Shown: positions 35,291 through 47,742 of the stretch, in pieces
Numbering within the stretch: the stretch's first letter is position 1
How the letters are laid out: the number at the start of each line of letters is the position of its first letter
NCBI GenBank assembly: GCA_051294375.1
Contig: CM119265.1
Location: 22,774,591-22,838,590, forward strand
Length of the DNA stretch: 64,000 nt
Direction: 5' to 3'
From: Paraspadella gotoi
Lineage: Eukaryota; Animalia; Chaetognatha
Made by a program: the position numbers and the translations under genes
Notes under the pieces: model-generated
What the model was told of the DNA's origin: nothing
What the model saw: only the letters and a program-made list of their open reading frames with translations
The model's database searches: none

Positions 35291-35440
35291 ATGCAAAGGC
35301 TGCGAAGGTTCCTCCAATCCGGTCGCTATCGGTACGCGTGCAAGTGGTTTTATCTCGTTGTCGTCCACGTGCCGGTGCGTGTCGGCGTGGGTGCATTTGC
35401 GGCGATGAAGACGGCCCTCATTCCCCTTTGTCACCATTGA
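35291..35440 (+). CDS. Candidate 49-aa micropeptide
   Basis: Isolated GC-rich island after acceptor tactgcAG (35274-35275); MQRLRRFLQSGRYRYACKWFYLVVVHVPVRVGVGAFAAMKTALIPLCHH*. Confidence 0.4.
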   Translation: MQRLRRFLQSGRYRYACKWFYLVVVHVPVRVGVGAFAAMKTALIPLCHH

Positions 35441-36575
35441 CGCTGTGTGATTTTGTGTGTGTGTCTCTATCTCTAATTCGTTTTCCCAGCGCAACTTTTT
35501 TCGAAACGATTCGAGGACCTTTGTTTTCACTTTTACCATTTTTTTCCCTCTCATGTTTTTTTCTTTGTCAATGTCTTCGACATAGTTTTATTAGTCTTTA
35601 CTCTTTAGACAAATTCATTAACTGAGTCTTTGTCGCTGTCGCCATTTCCATCAACACTTACGTTGTTTTCATCATCGTCTCCCTTTTTTAACGTCTTCTT
35701 CGTCGTCGCCATCGTCGTTGCTTTCATCATCGTTATCATCTTCGTCGTCGCCATCGTCGTCGCCATCGTCGTCGCTCGAGATAAGAATTCAATCGCGTCG
35801 ATAAAAATCAGCGACGAAAATTAGAAAAGATAAACAGAAATGAAAATCCGAGAAAATTAATCGAAGGGAAAAGATAAAAGAAAAAGAAGGGCGGGGAAAA
35901 TGGAGAAAAAAGAGAATTTAGCTCAAGAAAAGAAAAGCAAAAGAAAATTAAAAAAAAAAATCATCAATCCTTAGTTGACTCTTTTGTGAAACGTCGTCGT
36001 CATCTTAATCAGTATCACTATAACACTACCTCAACCACGATAACGCAAATAGTAAATATGTTTGGAAAGATATATATTATATATATTATTATGAAAGTTG
36101 CCAATTTACTTGTTTCACTATCTTTATTTTTTATTATTACTTTTATATTTTACTATTATTTATAATTTTATTTATTTTTTCAAATATTTTTGTGTTAAAT
36201 CTTTAAATATAATATTATTTATCTGTTTGGGATGGGGACGTTAGTGTTGTCTTCGGGAAATAGAGTGTGCATAATAGAGTGTGCATCTATATAAAATAAA
36301 GTTAGATTACTTTCTGTTCCAGTTTTCTAATACATATCGTGCATCATTCCTGTTGGAAAATCACTACTCACTAATAAAAATTAGCCTTTTACTCGTTAAT
36401 GTTTAACTGAAGATATAAGGCCGTAGTAATTCCCTCAAACATTAACAATTGACAACACACGCAGAAATTTCACTGATTTTGCATTGCCTCTTCGATTTGA
36501 AAACTCATTTGAAATGCCCGCGAGTAAACTCCGTATTCGCAATTGAAAATACAATTTATTTAGAATAAAAAAAAA

Positions 36576-38122
36576 TCATTCCAACACCTTCGTCGCCTGC
36601 TCCAACAGCTCCTCCACTCTCCCAACACCTTCCGCTCCACTACTCAACCACTCCAACGCTTTCTCCTCTATCATTCTCCACTCATCTCGTCTTTCCGACA
36701 TACGGTTCCGAAGCCACGCGATCGCCAGCGCCGTCGCGCGCTGGTCGGAGTCCGAACCGGCGTCGCAAAACTCGCGAGCGGCGTCGCTGGCGCCGACCGC
36801 TTCTTGCAGCTTCGACGACGCCGGCCATGACCCGTCGAAACGCTGGAGGGCTATAAAATCGAGAAGGGCGTCGCCGGTTTTGTCTTGGCTCCCGATTGAA
36901 GATTTCTTTTTCTTGCTTCCGCTTCGCACGCTCTTTTTCCTGCTCCTACGGCGACTTTTACAGTTTACGTTCGAATCTCCGCTAAAGCTCCTGTTTATCC
37001 CCCTGCTTCTACTCCTACTCCTGCTCCTACTTCTACTCATTCCTCGACTCCCACTCCGACTCCTGCTCCTTCCTCTGCTTCTCCTCATTCCTCGACTCCC
37101 ACTCCGACTCCTGCTCCTTCCTCTGCTCCTACTCCTACTGATCCCTCTACTCCTGCTTCTTCTTATGCTCCTCTTCATCTGCCGCGCGAATCCCGGCCTC
37201 TCGATCCTCCCTTCAACACTTTCGATCTCTCCGTCCACATTTCGATCTTTGGTCGAGGAATCGACGCCGACGAAGGACGTGAATCGAGACACGATGTTGG
37301 CCGAAATCGAGACGGCGACGATCTCGCGTTTCCGGCGTCGGCGGCGCTCTCGGCGGCGTTCTCGACGCTCCTTCGCTTCCGAGGATCTCCTGGACCAATC
37401 CTCCTCATCCTCCTCCTCCTCTTCCTCCTCCATGTCCAGTTCGAGGCTTTTGACGAGCGTCTTGGCGGCGAGGCGGTGGAGGGTCATGGAGTCGTCGGCG
37501 GCGGCGGCGGGAAAATCAACGACCAACTCGTGGCGAATCGTCTCCGCTCCAATCTTCCCCCTCAAGACCGCCAGGCCTTTGGCGTCCTCCCCCGCCGTCG
37601 TTGGTAAGTCGCCCGTCAACACGGAGTAACTGACGAGCCGTTCGCCGCAGTAGACGGGAGGCGGCGTCTCGGGAAGCTGTGATTGGAGAAAAAGCTTGGT
37701 TCACGTTATATCTAAATCCATTTTCTATGGGTAAGGCTATAGGTAAGTGAGACATCTCTTAAATCACCTGCGTGACGCAAGCGACGCCTGGCGGAAGTCG
37801 CGTCCACTCGATGGAGACGTCATCGACGATCGGTTGCATCGCCTGACGCAGCAACGAGAGAAGTTTGAGTCTGCAGGCGATTGCGCCCGGAAGTCGTGAC
37901 GAAGATGCTTTGCCACGCCCCGCGCGTGCCACGCCCTTTAGGGTGCCAAAGGTTGAGACTCACGGGATTTATTGAATTAAATGTAGAGTTTTTGAAGTTC
38001 TAAACGAAAATAATTTTAGCGAATAAAAACTGAATGTTTAAAGAATTTTTTAGACTTAAGTGTTTATAAAAAAATTAATAGTTCGTTATTTTCTTCTTTC
38101 TCTCTTTTCTTTCTTTTCTTTT

Positions 38123-38158
<36 letters not shown>

Positions 38159-38195
38159 TTCTTCTTTCTCTTCTTTCTTTCTTTCTTTTTTCTTT

Positions 38196-38286
<91 letters not shown>

Positions 38287-40532
38287 CTTTATCAATGACG
38301 TGGAGGCGCCATCGCCAATTCCGACGCCAAAGACTCGAGTGGTGGCCGCATGCGTCGCTACAAGTTCGATCACCTGAAATCGATGTGATTCATCGGGTGA
38401 TTTTCATCGAATCGAGTGATCGTTGAGGTGATTAATGAGATAAATATCTCTCTCTCTTTTCTCTCTCACCCGATTCGTGTCTTCGACTTCTCCGTCGGTG
38501 AGCAGGAACACCTGCCTCGGCCCCTTCGCCTCCGACCTCAACACTTCCTTCAGCGGCCGCAAGATCTCCGTCCCGCCCATGTCCGCCCTCATGCCCTCCC
38601 GCAGCCGCAGCGCCTCGTCGAGGGTCTCCGCGCAGTACGCTCGACTTCCGCTACGGAAAAGGAGCCGGAATCCGCGAACCAAGGAGACGACGTTGAAGCC
38701 GCAGGAGACGGGAGACTCTTGAGCAGCAGCAGCAGAGCATCTTTGGCTGCTGCCATTCGGGAACCAGACATGCTGCCTGAAAATAAGTTTTCGGGTCACG
38801 AGTTAATGCGGTCTTATTAGCATTGGCTAGTATTGGTAATAATTACCAATTAGTATGTGCCGGGGTTTTTCTCGTAATTTGAGAATAAAAAAAAAAAAAA
38901 AAAAAATCCCAAACAGTTTTAACGAATTAAAATTAGTTAAATTAAACAATAATTAGTCACCGTCACTCACCGGATCTGTCGATGAAAAACACAAACTCTG
39001 CCTCCTTCAACCGCGCCCCCTCCATCGACGCCAAATCCGGAAAGAATTCCAGCGCCGCCACGTGATTCCTCAAAAAGGCGCCGTTTCCGTGGCGCCCCGC
39101 CTCCAGTATCGCCGCCGGCGCCATCCCGCGGTCGTAGACGACGCGGACGCGAAGGTCGTGATCGAAGGCGTGGCCGGAGACGGTGACGGTCGGGCGCGGG
39201 ACGGTGGACGAGGAGGTGGAGGCGGTGGTGCCGATCTTTCGTGGAAGTGTGGGTTTAGGGAAAGTTAGTCGGTAAGGCAACAACGACGACGACGAAGACT
39301 CACCTCGACCTCGTCCCCGAAAGTCGAAACGGATTTGACAGGAAAGACGTCGTCGACGACGAGACGAAACCGGAAGTCGTAGGGCGCGGCCATTTTGGTT
39401 TCCATGACGACGTCGGACGACTCGGTGAGCGTGGTAGCGGGGAAGTCGGAGGGACAGTAGCTTGGTAAGGGGAAAAGAAAAATAGTAAGGAACCGTTAAC
39501 AACAATAACCAGAAACAGCAACTGGCATCAGGAGCAGCAGCAGCAGCAGCAATGCCGTCGCTCACCGCGGATTTAAAACTGTGGGCAGCGTGAAGGTGAC
39601 GGCGCCGTCTTCGTCGACGGGCAGATCGACGACGTAGGCGATGGTGAGTGTAGCCGCCGACGCCGGCGGAAGATTACCGACTCGACACCGGAACACGTCG
39701 CCGCTCGTCTCGGACTCTTCCGCCAGAAACGCCGTCTCTGAGGCGGCGACGGCGGCGTCATAGGTCTCCTTCGCCGAGATCTTTTCTTGAATCTCGGCCA
39801 CCGTCTCGACGCCGTCGACGAGGGCTTTGAAGGAATAGACGGCGCTGTTGGAGGGGGAGGAAGATGGCGCCGTTGTGAATAGTAAATATAAATAAGAGTA
39901 TAATGAAAAGAATAAAAAAAAGATTGAATGTTATTTCTGAAAAGCCCGGCAGAGGCATAACTACAGCAGTCGACTTGCCGAAATTTAACAAATGATCATC
40001 TTATCGAAATCATTTTTATGACAACTTGCTGTACACTATTAATAATATTTTTTTTTTGCATTACAGCAGCCTTTATTTGTTTTTCTTCCTTATACTACGT
40101 ATTATTACAAGAAGATAAATTCTCACATCTCTCTCAGCCCGATCACTCAGCCCGATCACGGATTTACCTGTCGTCGTCGAGCGGAAACGTGAAAATCGCT
40201 TCAAGCGATTTCCTTCCCTCATTTTCGTAGTGAAGTTCGCTGCGGACTTCGGCGTGCAATCCCTTCACGGTCACCCTGTAAAGCAATCGTGAAAAATGAT
40301 TGTTATCTTTAAGCATTTGTAAATCTCATAAAATATTTTCATTGTGAAAATTAACGATTACAGATCACTCCCTGAACCACAACAACAATATATTATATAT
40401 TATTCTATTATATTATATTATCAGTATCCATATCACGAGCAAACAACCGAAACATCAGAGTCCAACTTACTCGTTTTCGATTTTCTTAAGCGGAAAGAGT
40501 AAGTTTTTTGGGGATCGAAGTCCGTGAGACAT
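36576..40532 (-). CDS. VWA5A: von Willebrand factor A domain-containing protein 5A-like (VIT + VWA), 9 exons, frameshifted in this assembly
   Basis: Exons 40471-40532, 40168-40275, 39566-39844, 39304-39460, 38971-39235, 38470-38776, 38287-38373, 37768-37935, 36576-37676. Motifs: VIT (LHYENEG..SLEAIFTFPLD..AVY.F; VGNLPP), MIDAS FFIDRSGSMSG, ADMGGTEI, LLTDGEV, FGVGIG, C-terminal LQRFDGSW and ATALAIAWL. Net -1 indel in exon 6. Confidence 0.88.
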
Positions 40533-41370
40533 TTTCGAAATCGTCGTGAAAATGACGAAAGAATGAGAATTAGATTGATCGTTACGTCCAATGGAAACTT
40601 AACCAGTAGATCGGTCGTTTAATCGTTCAATCATTTTTATCAGATCTCGTATGAAGTAATCAATTGATCATGGGAGTATTCGACTGTCACTGAGTCATAT
40701 CCAAAACAAAAAACCATCGCACGCTCTTCCCTCTTCCTCTCCGCTCGATTTTTTATCCTGTTTATCATGTTTGTTTTTCCTTAATATTTTTAAGTATAAT
40801 AAATGTTATTTTTATCGCTCCTCGAGCTGTTGACCTTTTGTCAATAAATTAGTGTAAATTTCCACTTGTTCTCTTATTTTTATCCAGCTTCTCGTCTTTC
40901 GCTCAATCCGAATTTAGGATGTGATATTTTGTTAAAGAGATCCTTTGTTGTTAGCGACCTCTTTCGAATACGACTTGCATTAAAAACATCAAAAGCCCAC
41001 ACAAAATTGAATAAAAATATAATAGATATAATTAAAGTGCTTAGTTATAACAGACGTGAGAATTAACAAATTTTTTTTCTTTTTTCTCGACTCTCATTCT
41101 TTTATCTCCGATTGCCCTCGAGCACAATACTTCCAATTCAACCACATTGTCTCTCTACCACACTATTCTTTGGCTTAACCACACTCCTCGTTTGCCAAGT
41201 TCCATTTGACGTTCGACGAAGCAACGGCCAAAGTTTTCTTGTTGATACTCGAGTCTTAAACGATCTCCAAGGGACAAGGAAGCCCGAACGATACAGAAGA
41301 TATTTCCTTTTCTCTTTCTTTATCTTTTTCTTGAGGTTTCTTTCTTTATTTCCTTTTTTCTTTTGTTATT

Positions 41371-41402
<32 letters not shown>

Positions 41403-41704
41403 ATCTTCTTTCTTTTCCTTCTTTCTTTCTCCATCATTGCATTTTGACGATCTAGGATTATGAATTAAATGAACATCTCACCTCTCTTCTCTCCTCTCCT
41501 CTCTCTCTCTCTCTCTCTCTCTTATCTCTCTCTTTTTCCTCTCTCTCTCTGTCTCTCTCTTCTGTCTCTCGTTTTAACATCTGTTGCTTTTTATCTCCTC
41601 TTGTGTATATATTGAAGTATTGAACATTGTCTCTGAGAACAGAACTCTTTGCGGCATTGACGTCTCACTCTTCTCTCTCATCTCGTCTCCTCATTCTCTC
41701 TTCG

Positions 41705-41748
<44 letters not shown>

Positions 41749-42859
41749 TTCTCTCCTTTCTTTCTCTCTCTCTCTTCTCTCTCTAAAATAGTTGAAATAG
41801 CCCAGAAGAGTTTTGAATTTAATATTATATTTTAAACAAAAATATATTAAAATAAGCATTAACTTTTTTGTTTTGTTTGTATTTATTTTCAAAAGAAAAC
41901 GTTCATGATTCGGCTAATAAGTTAGCCTATATCGCCAACGAGAAGGTAAGTCCGAAATAATATAAAACTTAGGAAACATCCGATTCTCAATATTGATTTA
42001 TTGACATTTCGTGGTATTGCGATCTTTATCGTAATCGATTATGTATTCTCGAATCTGAATTTGAAATTTCGATCTGAGGAAATGAGTCAAGACAAGAGCG
42101 TCGCTCGAAGTCCACGTTGTTGTTGTTGCTCCTTGTTTTTGTTTTTATTTATTGTCGTTGACTCGCCTCTTTCGCTATTTCTCACGTTAACAGACTCACC
42201 CTTTTCCGACCTACTGAGATCACCAGGAGTTTAAGGCGACATTTCTCGCCCCATGTTTTTTTTTCTACGAATTTTTCCGACCCTAAGATCGAGATTAGGT
42301 TTTTAAGTCGATCATCTATTAATATTATACGTGGCCTTTCGCTTTTACTTTCGATTTAACTTCTCCCAGTCATTTAAAAAAGAAGACTGAATTCTAATTG
42401 ATTCATTTAAAAAGAAAACTGAGAATGTGAGATAAAGATTCAGGCAGTTCTCGTCGTCGTCGTCGTCAAGACGATAAAAGAAAAAAGGAGAGAGAGAAGC
42501 AAAATGCTTTTTATAGCAATGTTATTAGGGAAAGTTTTATAGTGAACAAAAAGAAAAAAGGATGAGGGTAAAAGAGCAGATGTTAGTGAAAGAGAGTTAC
42601 AGGAAAAATTAAAAAAGATTAAAAGTCAAGAAACTTCATTCGTTAAAACAATAAAAAGTCAACAAGATTGTCGTCGGATCATGAGGGAGACGTGTTGGTT
42701 TCCCTTCAATAAAATAGACCCTTAAACCGCGATTCCATTTACATAGAAACAACCGGAAATAATTTATCAAAGAGTAAAGGGGGAACAAAGAAAGCGGAAG
42801 GGGATACTTAAAACGGCAAAAAACTTGAAAATATTGTAAAAAAGTTGACAAAAAAAGCG

Positions 42860-43160
42860 AAGGTCACTACAATTCTACTGAATACGTGTTGGAATTGAAG
42901 ATGGAGAAAATGCTAAATAATTTTATAAAGAAGTGAAGGTCAAGGACGAATATGTTAAAATAATTAAGAAAGGAAATGGGAGAGATATTAAGGCTAGCCG
43001 CTTAAAAAGGCCCGACCGATGAATCGCGATGAAGGCTAAATTGTACAAAAACTAGATGATAAAGATTTTGGCGATTGACAAACCGGATGGAGAATGGCGA
43101 GCTAACACAAGAGGCGGCAAGTCGTCGAGATTATCATCGTTTCCGAGTAGTGGAAGAAAC
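42860..43160 (+). mobile_element. Possible heavily decayed non-LTR (RTE-like) retrotransposon 3' fragment
   Basis: Purine-rich segment with broken frames reading ...VLELKMEKM...VKDEYV...DIKASRLK...KPDG..., loosely like the post-RT region of RTE LINEs. Confidence 0.2.
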
Positions 43161-43734
43161 GGAAGAAAAAGAAGGAAAAAGACCTGAAAGTCAGAGTATA
43201 GAAAGAGTGTTTTGTAAAGTTAGAAAGATTACGATTGGATACTAATTCATGTTTAATGCATTCCATGTTATGTGTTTCGTGTGTGTTTCGAACTAATATT
43301 ACAGATTTAGTTTTTATAATTGCTTATTTTATATTTAGATATTTTGTCATTTTGTTTAGTTGTATCGAGATACATGGTATTTTTAAACTATTTGATTAAA
43401 TGATGAGGTCATTCAGAATTACTTGGTCTATTTGTTTACTTTATTACATATGTGTATTGGATATATGATTTTAAATAATTAAACTATTGTGAACGGAACT
43501 AAATAAATGTCGTTGAAACCTAGGTTGAAAGTAGTTGTTATAGAAAAGTTTGTTGAATGAAAAACAAATATTTCTTCATTCCTCTTTTGCTTTCACAAAG
43601 GCCTCATTCATAATAGATGAAGTTGGTCCGGCTCCTAATTTAGTAGTAGAATAAAACAGAATAAACAATGTGAATTGACATCTATTTGTGGCAAGTTTGG
43701 CGCAAGGTTTTGAAAAACGCAGTTGAGGAAAGTG

Positions 43735-44030
43735 ACCTAAATCGAAAGTGACGCCGGAAACCAAAGGTGACCGCGAATCGAAGTGAGCCCCAAAACCGGA
43801 AGGTGGCGTAACCGGAAGTGAAGCCGGAACCGGAAGTGACTCGAACCGGGAAGTGACCGGAACCGGGAGTGCCGGAACCGGAAGTGACAATCTAAATAAA
43901 TAGATTGATGACGTCATCATAAAAGATTTGGAATGTTGATGACGTCCATCGGATATTAAATCCTTATAAATAGATTGATGACGTCATCAGATTGGAATGT
44001 TGATGACGTCATCAGCCTAAACCGGAAGTT
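43735..44030. repeat. Minisatellite-like cluster of ACCGGAAGTG (ETS-type) and TGACGTCA (CRE-type) motifs
   Basis: About 8 CCGGAAGTG-like units, mostly at 43755-43890; TGACGTCA three times plus one variant within a ~70-bp duplication (taaatagattgatgacgtcatca at ~43897 and ~43967). Confidence 0.75.
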
Positions 44031-44061
44031 GGCTCCGCAAAGTTAACCTTATTCTATCTCT

Positions 44062-44635
44062 ATCATCATCATCTCATCATCATCATCATCTTCATGATCA
44101 TCATCATAGTCATCATAGTCATCATTATCATCATGATCAACATATACATCATCACAGCATAGTCATCATATATCATCATATCGCATCATACATTCATCAT
44201 TGTCAACTCATATACATCACAGCTCTATTCATCATGTCAAATCATTCTACAGTCATCATTCATCAATCACTCATCATCATCATACGTCATCATTATCCAT
44301 ATCAGACATCGATCATCATCATCACATCATCATTTCATCATCATCATCATCATCTCTTCATCATCCATTATCATCATGTTCATCATCATCATCATCAATA
44401 TTCACCATCAATCATCATCATCTCATCATTATTCATCAATGATAACATCATCACCTCATCATCATATCATCATGCATCATCATAATCATGCATCATGCAT
44501 CATCAATCATCATCACAGTCATCATCATCATCATGATCAACAACCATCATCATCATCATCATCATGCATCANNNNNNNNNNNNNNNNNNNNNNNNNCATC
44601 ACAGTCATCATTATCATCATGATCAACATCATCAT
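44062..44635. repeat. Degenerate (CAT)n microsatellite containing an assembly gap
   Basis: About 570 bp of ATC/CAT units; Ns at 44572-44596. Confidence 0.95.
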
Positions 44636-45531
44636 CGGATTTTTTAGTAACAAAAGTTTCCATCGATTTTTGATCCGATGATTTGAAAGACATTCCTCCT
44701 TTTGTCCTTTCAGTTTCATCGTTTGTCTTCGTCGTCGTCGTCGTCGTCGTCCATTTCGATATCTTTGTTATTCTCATCATCATTTCCATAAACTGAGTCG
44801 TCGTCGTCGTCGTCTTCGTCATTGTTCAAAGAATCAAGGTTTCGTTGACCGAGAAAAACTCACTAACTTTTTTTGAAAATTTGACTCAATTCTTTCTTTC
44901 TATATCGTCTTTCTTTCTTTCTCTCTTTGTTTTTTTTCCCCTTTTCCCCTCTTTCTTTCTTCCTTTCTCCTCTCTTTCTTTCTCTCCCTCCTTCCCTCAC
45001 TCCTCTCTAGTCTCATTAACTAAAACGGGTTACATCTTAACACGTTTTATCATAATTAACTCATTTCAAAATGAATGTCTCCTCGCAGCTGAAAGGCTTT
45101 TAAAAAATAAATATTCTTTAAATATGACGGGCCTAATTAAGGACGTGAAGCACTCTGTCTCTTAACAATAGGACTAAGTTTTATTTTGCCATTTGCAACA
45201 AAAAACTTTTGATACTCGTTCTTTCATCCAAATCGAATGAACATTGATGCGATCTCAGTTTTAGTTTTTTTAAGTTACATCAGTTTTCGAACTACCATAC
45301 GTATTACGCAACAAAAAAAAATTCTTATCGAAGTATCAAAATTCCATATTTCTTCTCTCTTATAAGTTTGAAGCCGTTTTCACTCACCATGTCCTCTTTC
45401 ATTCACCATGCCTTCCCTCGCCCTTCCCATGTCTTAATCTCCCCTCGCATGTCACCAGTGACGCTGCGCCTCACAAGATTACGATTCGCGTCAATCTATC
45501 CGCTTTTGCTCAGCATTTACCCGGGGCCCGG

Positions 45532-45566
<35 letters not shown>

Positions 45567-47544
45567 TCTCTCTCGTCCTCCTCTCTTTCTGCGTCTCGAT
45601 CACTGAAGCGGCCGAATTTTTCTCTTCTCTCTCATTTGTCCGACCAAATGTTTGGCCTCTGCGCAGTCCGGGGAGAACCGAAAACTTGGAACCAGCGCCG
45701 TAGAAAAAAAAAGTTTTATATCAACAAAAAATGTCGAAATAGATCAATAAAAAATGAAATATGCCAAACAAGATTGAATTGTTTTATAAAAAAACAACAA
45801 CTTTAAGGATCGATATAAAATATCTTGTGACCCACACAAACCCAAGCGCACACAAAATCAAAAAGGAAAAAAATATGCATGAAAAAACCAAAGAAAATTT
45901 TTTTTTTCCGACAAAAACTTTTCTCGTTTTCGTTTCCGAATTTTGCTTGATTGTGATTTTTTGACTTTGTAAAATTATTATGTAATATAAAGTCGATGGC
46001 TTCATATCATAAAACCGGGAATATATTTCTTTCGAATTACAAAACTCTTGGGCCAAAGCGATATTAATATTTACAAATGAAGATATTTTGAAAGTTAATT
46101 CGCGAAAATTTTTTAACAACAACAAACGACTTTTCGTTAATCAATTTATTTTCCTCCGCCTCACGAATTAACCATCATCCATTAGAGAGCGTAAAGGAAT
46201 CAATAAATACTAAATTACTATTTATCCTCACTTAGTCGTGAAAAGAGTCACGGTATGCTCACTTATCACTTATGATTAAATACGTCTGACATTCACAGCC
46301 TCTCACTGTTATTCCATTGAGTCTCGCCTCCGATTGAACTCTGCGACTCTCTCTCTCTCTCTCTCTCTCGTCCTCTCTCTCTCTCTCCTCCCTCTCTCTC
46401 TCCTCTCTCTCTCTCTTTCAATCTCTCTCTCTCTTTTGTCTCTTTTGCGTTTCACGGGTTGCCATTAAATCAAATCAGTTTTTCAGTAAATCGGATCCGC
46501 TTTGCTTTAACTAATCAATTCCTTCGACACTATCCTATCTCTCTCTCTCTCTCTCGTCTTCCTCTTCTCTCTCTCTCCTCTTCTCTCTCTGGTCTCCTCT
46601 CTCTCTCTCTCTCTCTAAGCCTCCTTTCACATTCTACCTCCCACATCCCAGGAACAAGGTCTTTCACACAGATTCACCCTCTCACCTCCGAACCTCACAG
46701 AACTATGTGATTCATCTCTCTCTCTCTTTCATTCGCATGTCTCACACGTCTGTTTGTCTGTCTGTCTGTCCATCTCTCTCTTTCCTAATCGATTTCTTTC
46801 CCCACCTCTCCCTTTCCACTCACGCGACAAAATCGTCGAAGGGAAAAAAGATTTAAAACTCGAATTTCGTTGGACATTAAATCGTTAGGGACGACGACGA
46901 CGACGACAACGAAGACGACGACGACGACGACGACGATTATGAGGACGATGGCGACGACGTTGATCTGAATTGAAATTGTTGTTTTCTTAATTTCTCTCCG
47001 CTAACAGTCGCTCTACCCTACTCACAACAATGTTCAGTATAGGTTCAATACTAGTTTTTTAGTTGTGGTTATTGTTGTTATTTTCCTTTCGTGTACATCG
47101 CGTAATATGTCTCCTTTTTTCTCTCTCATACATATTTTTCAAACTGATTCACAACTCTGTTTCGCGTCGGCGAAAAGACTTGTAAACAAAGTCGAAACAC
47201 GCCCCTTTAAGTTTTTTTTATAAAAAAATTGCGCTCGTCGTAATAATAAAAACCAGATTTCTCAAAACTCCTTTCTTTCGTCCAATCGCATTGCACTTTT
47301 CATAGGAATGGCATTTGCCATTTGCTATCTCCGCCGGACGGTAGTGGCGCAAGGGGGACGATCGATAATCCCCGGCGTCGAAAGATCGATGACGCCCGGG
47401 CGAATCGATACCGTTCATGTATGCAGCAATGCAGCGGCGCCGCGGAGCGGAGACGCGGCGACGCAGCGCTGGGTAAATGCGCGCGCGAGAGATCCTCGTG
47501 CGCCTCGCACGTAAATTCCGCCAATTTCGCGCTTCGATCGTGGT

Positions 47545-47589
<45 letters not shown>

Positions 47590-47742
47590 GACGTCGAACC
47601 GTGACGAATGGCGTTGACCGAAATTCGATGACGACGATTTCCGGCAAAATTCGTCATTTATGGAGAGAGAGCGAGAACAGACTATCGGCCGAGGAGAGAG
47701 AGAGAACGAGAGAGGTGGGCGGGCCCGGAGTCATGAAATGAC

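Noticed and set aside
36880-37629. 249-aa Leu-rich plus-strand ORF
   Set aside because: Antisense shadow of the VWA5A RS-rich exon.
44200-44822. His/Ile/Ser-rich ORFs
   Set aside because: Degenerate (CAT)n repeat spanning a gap.
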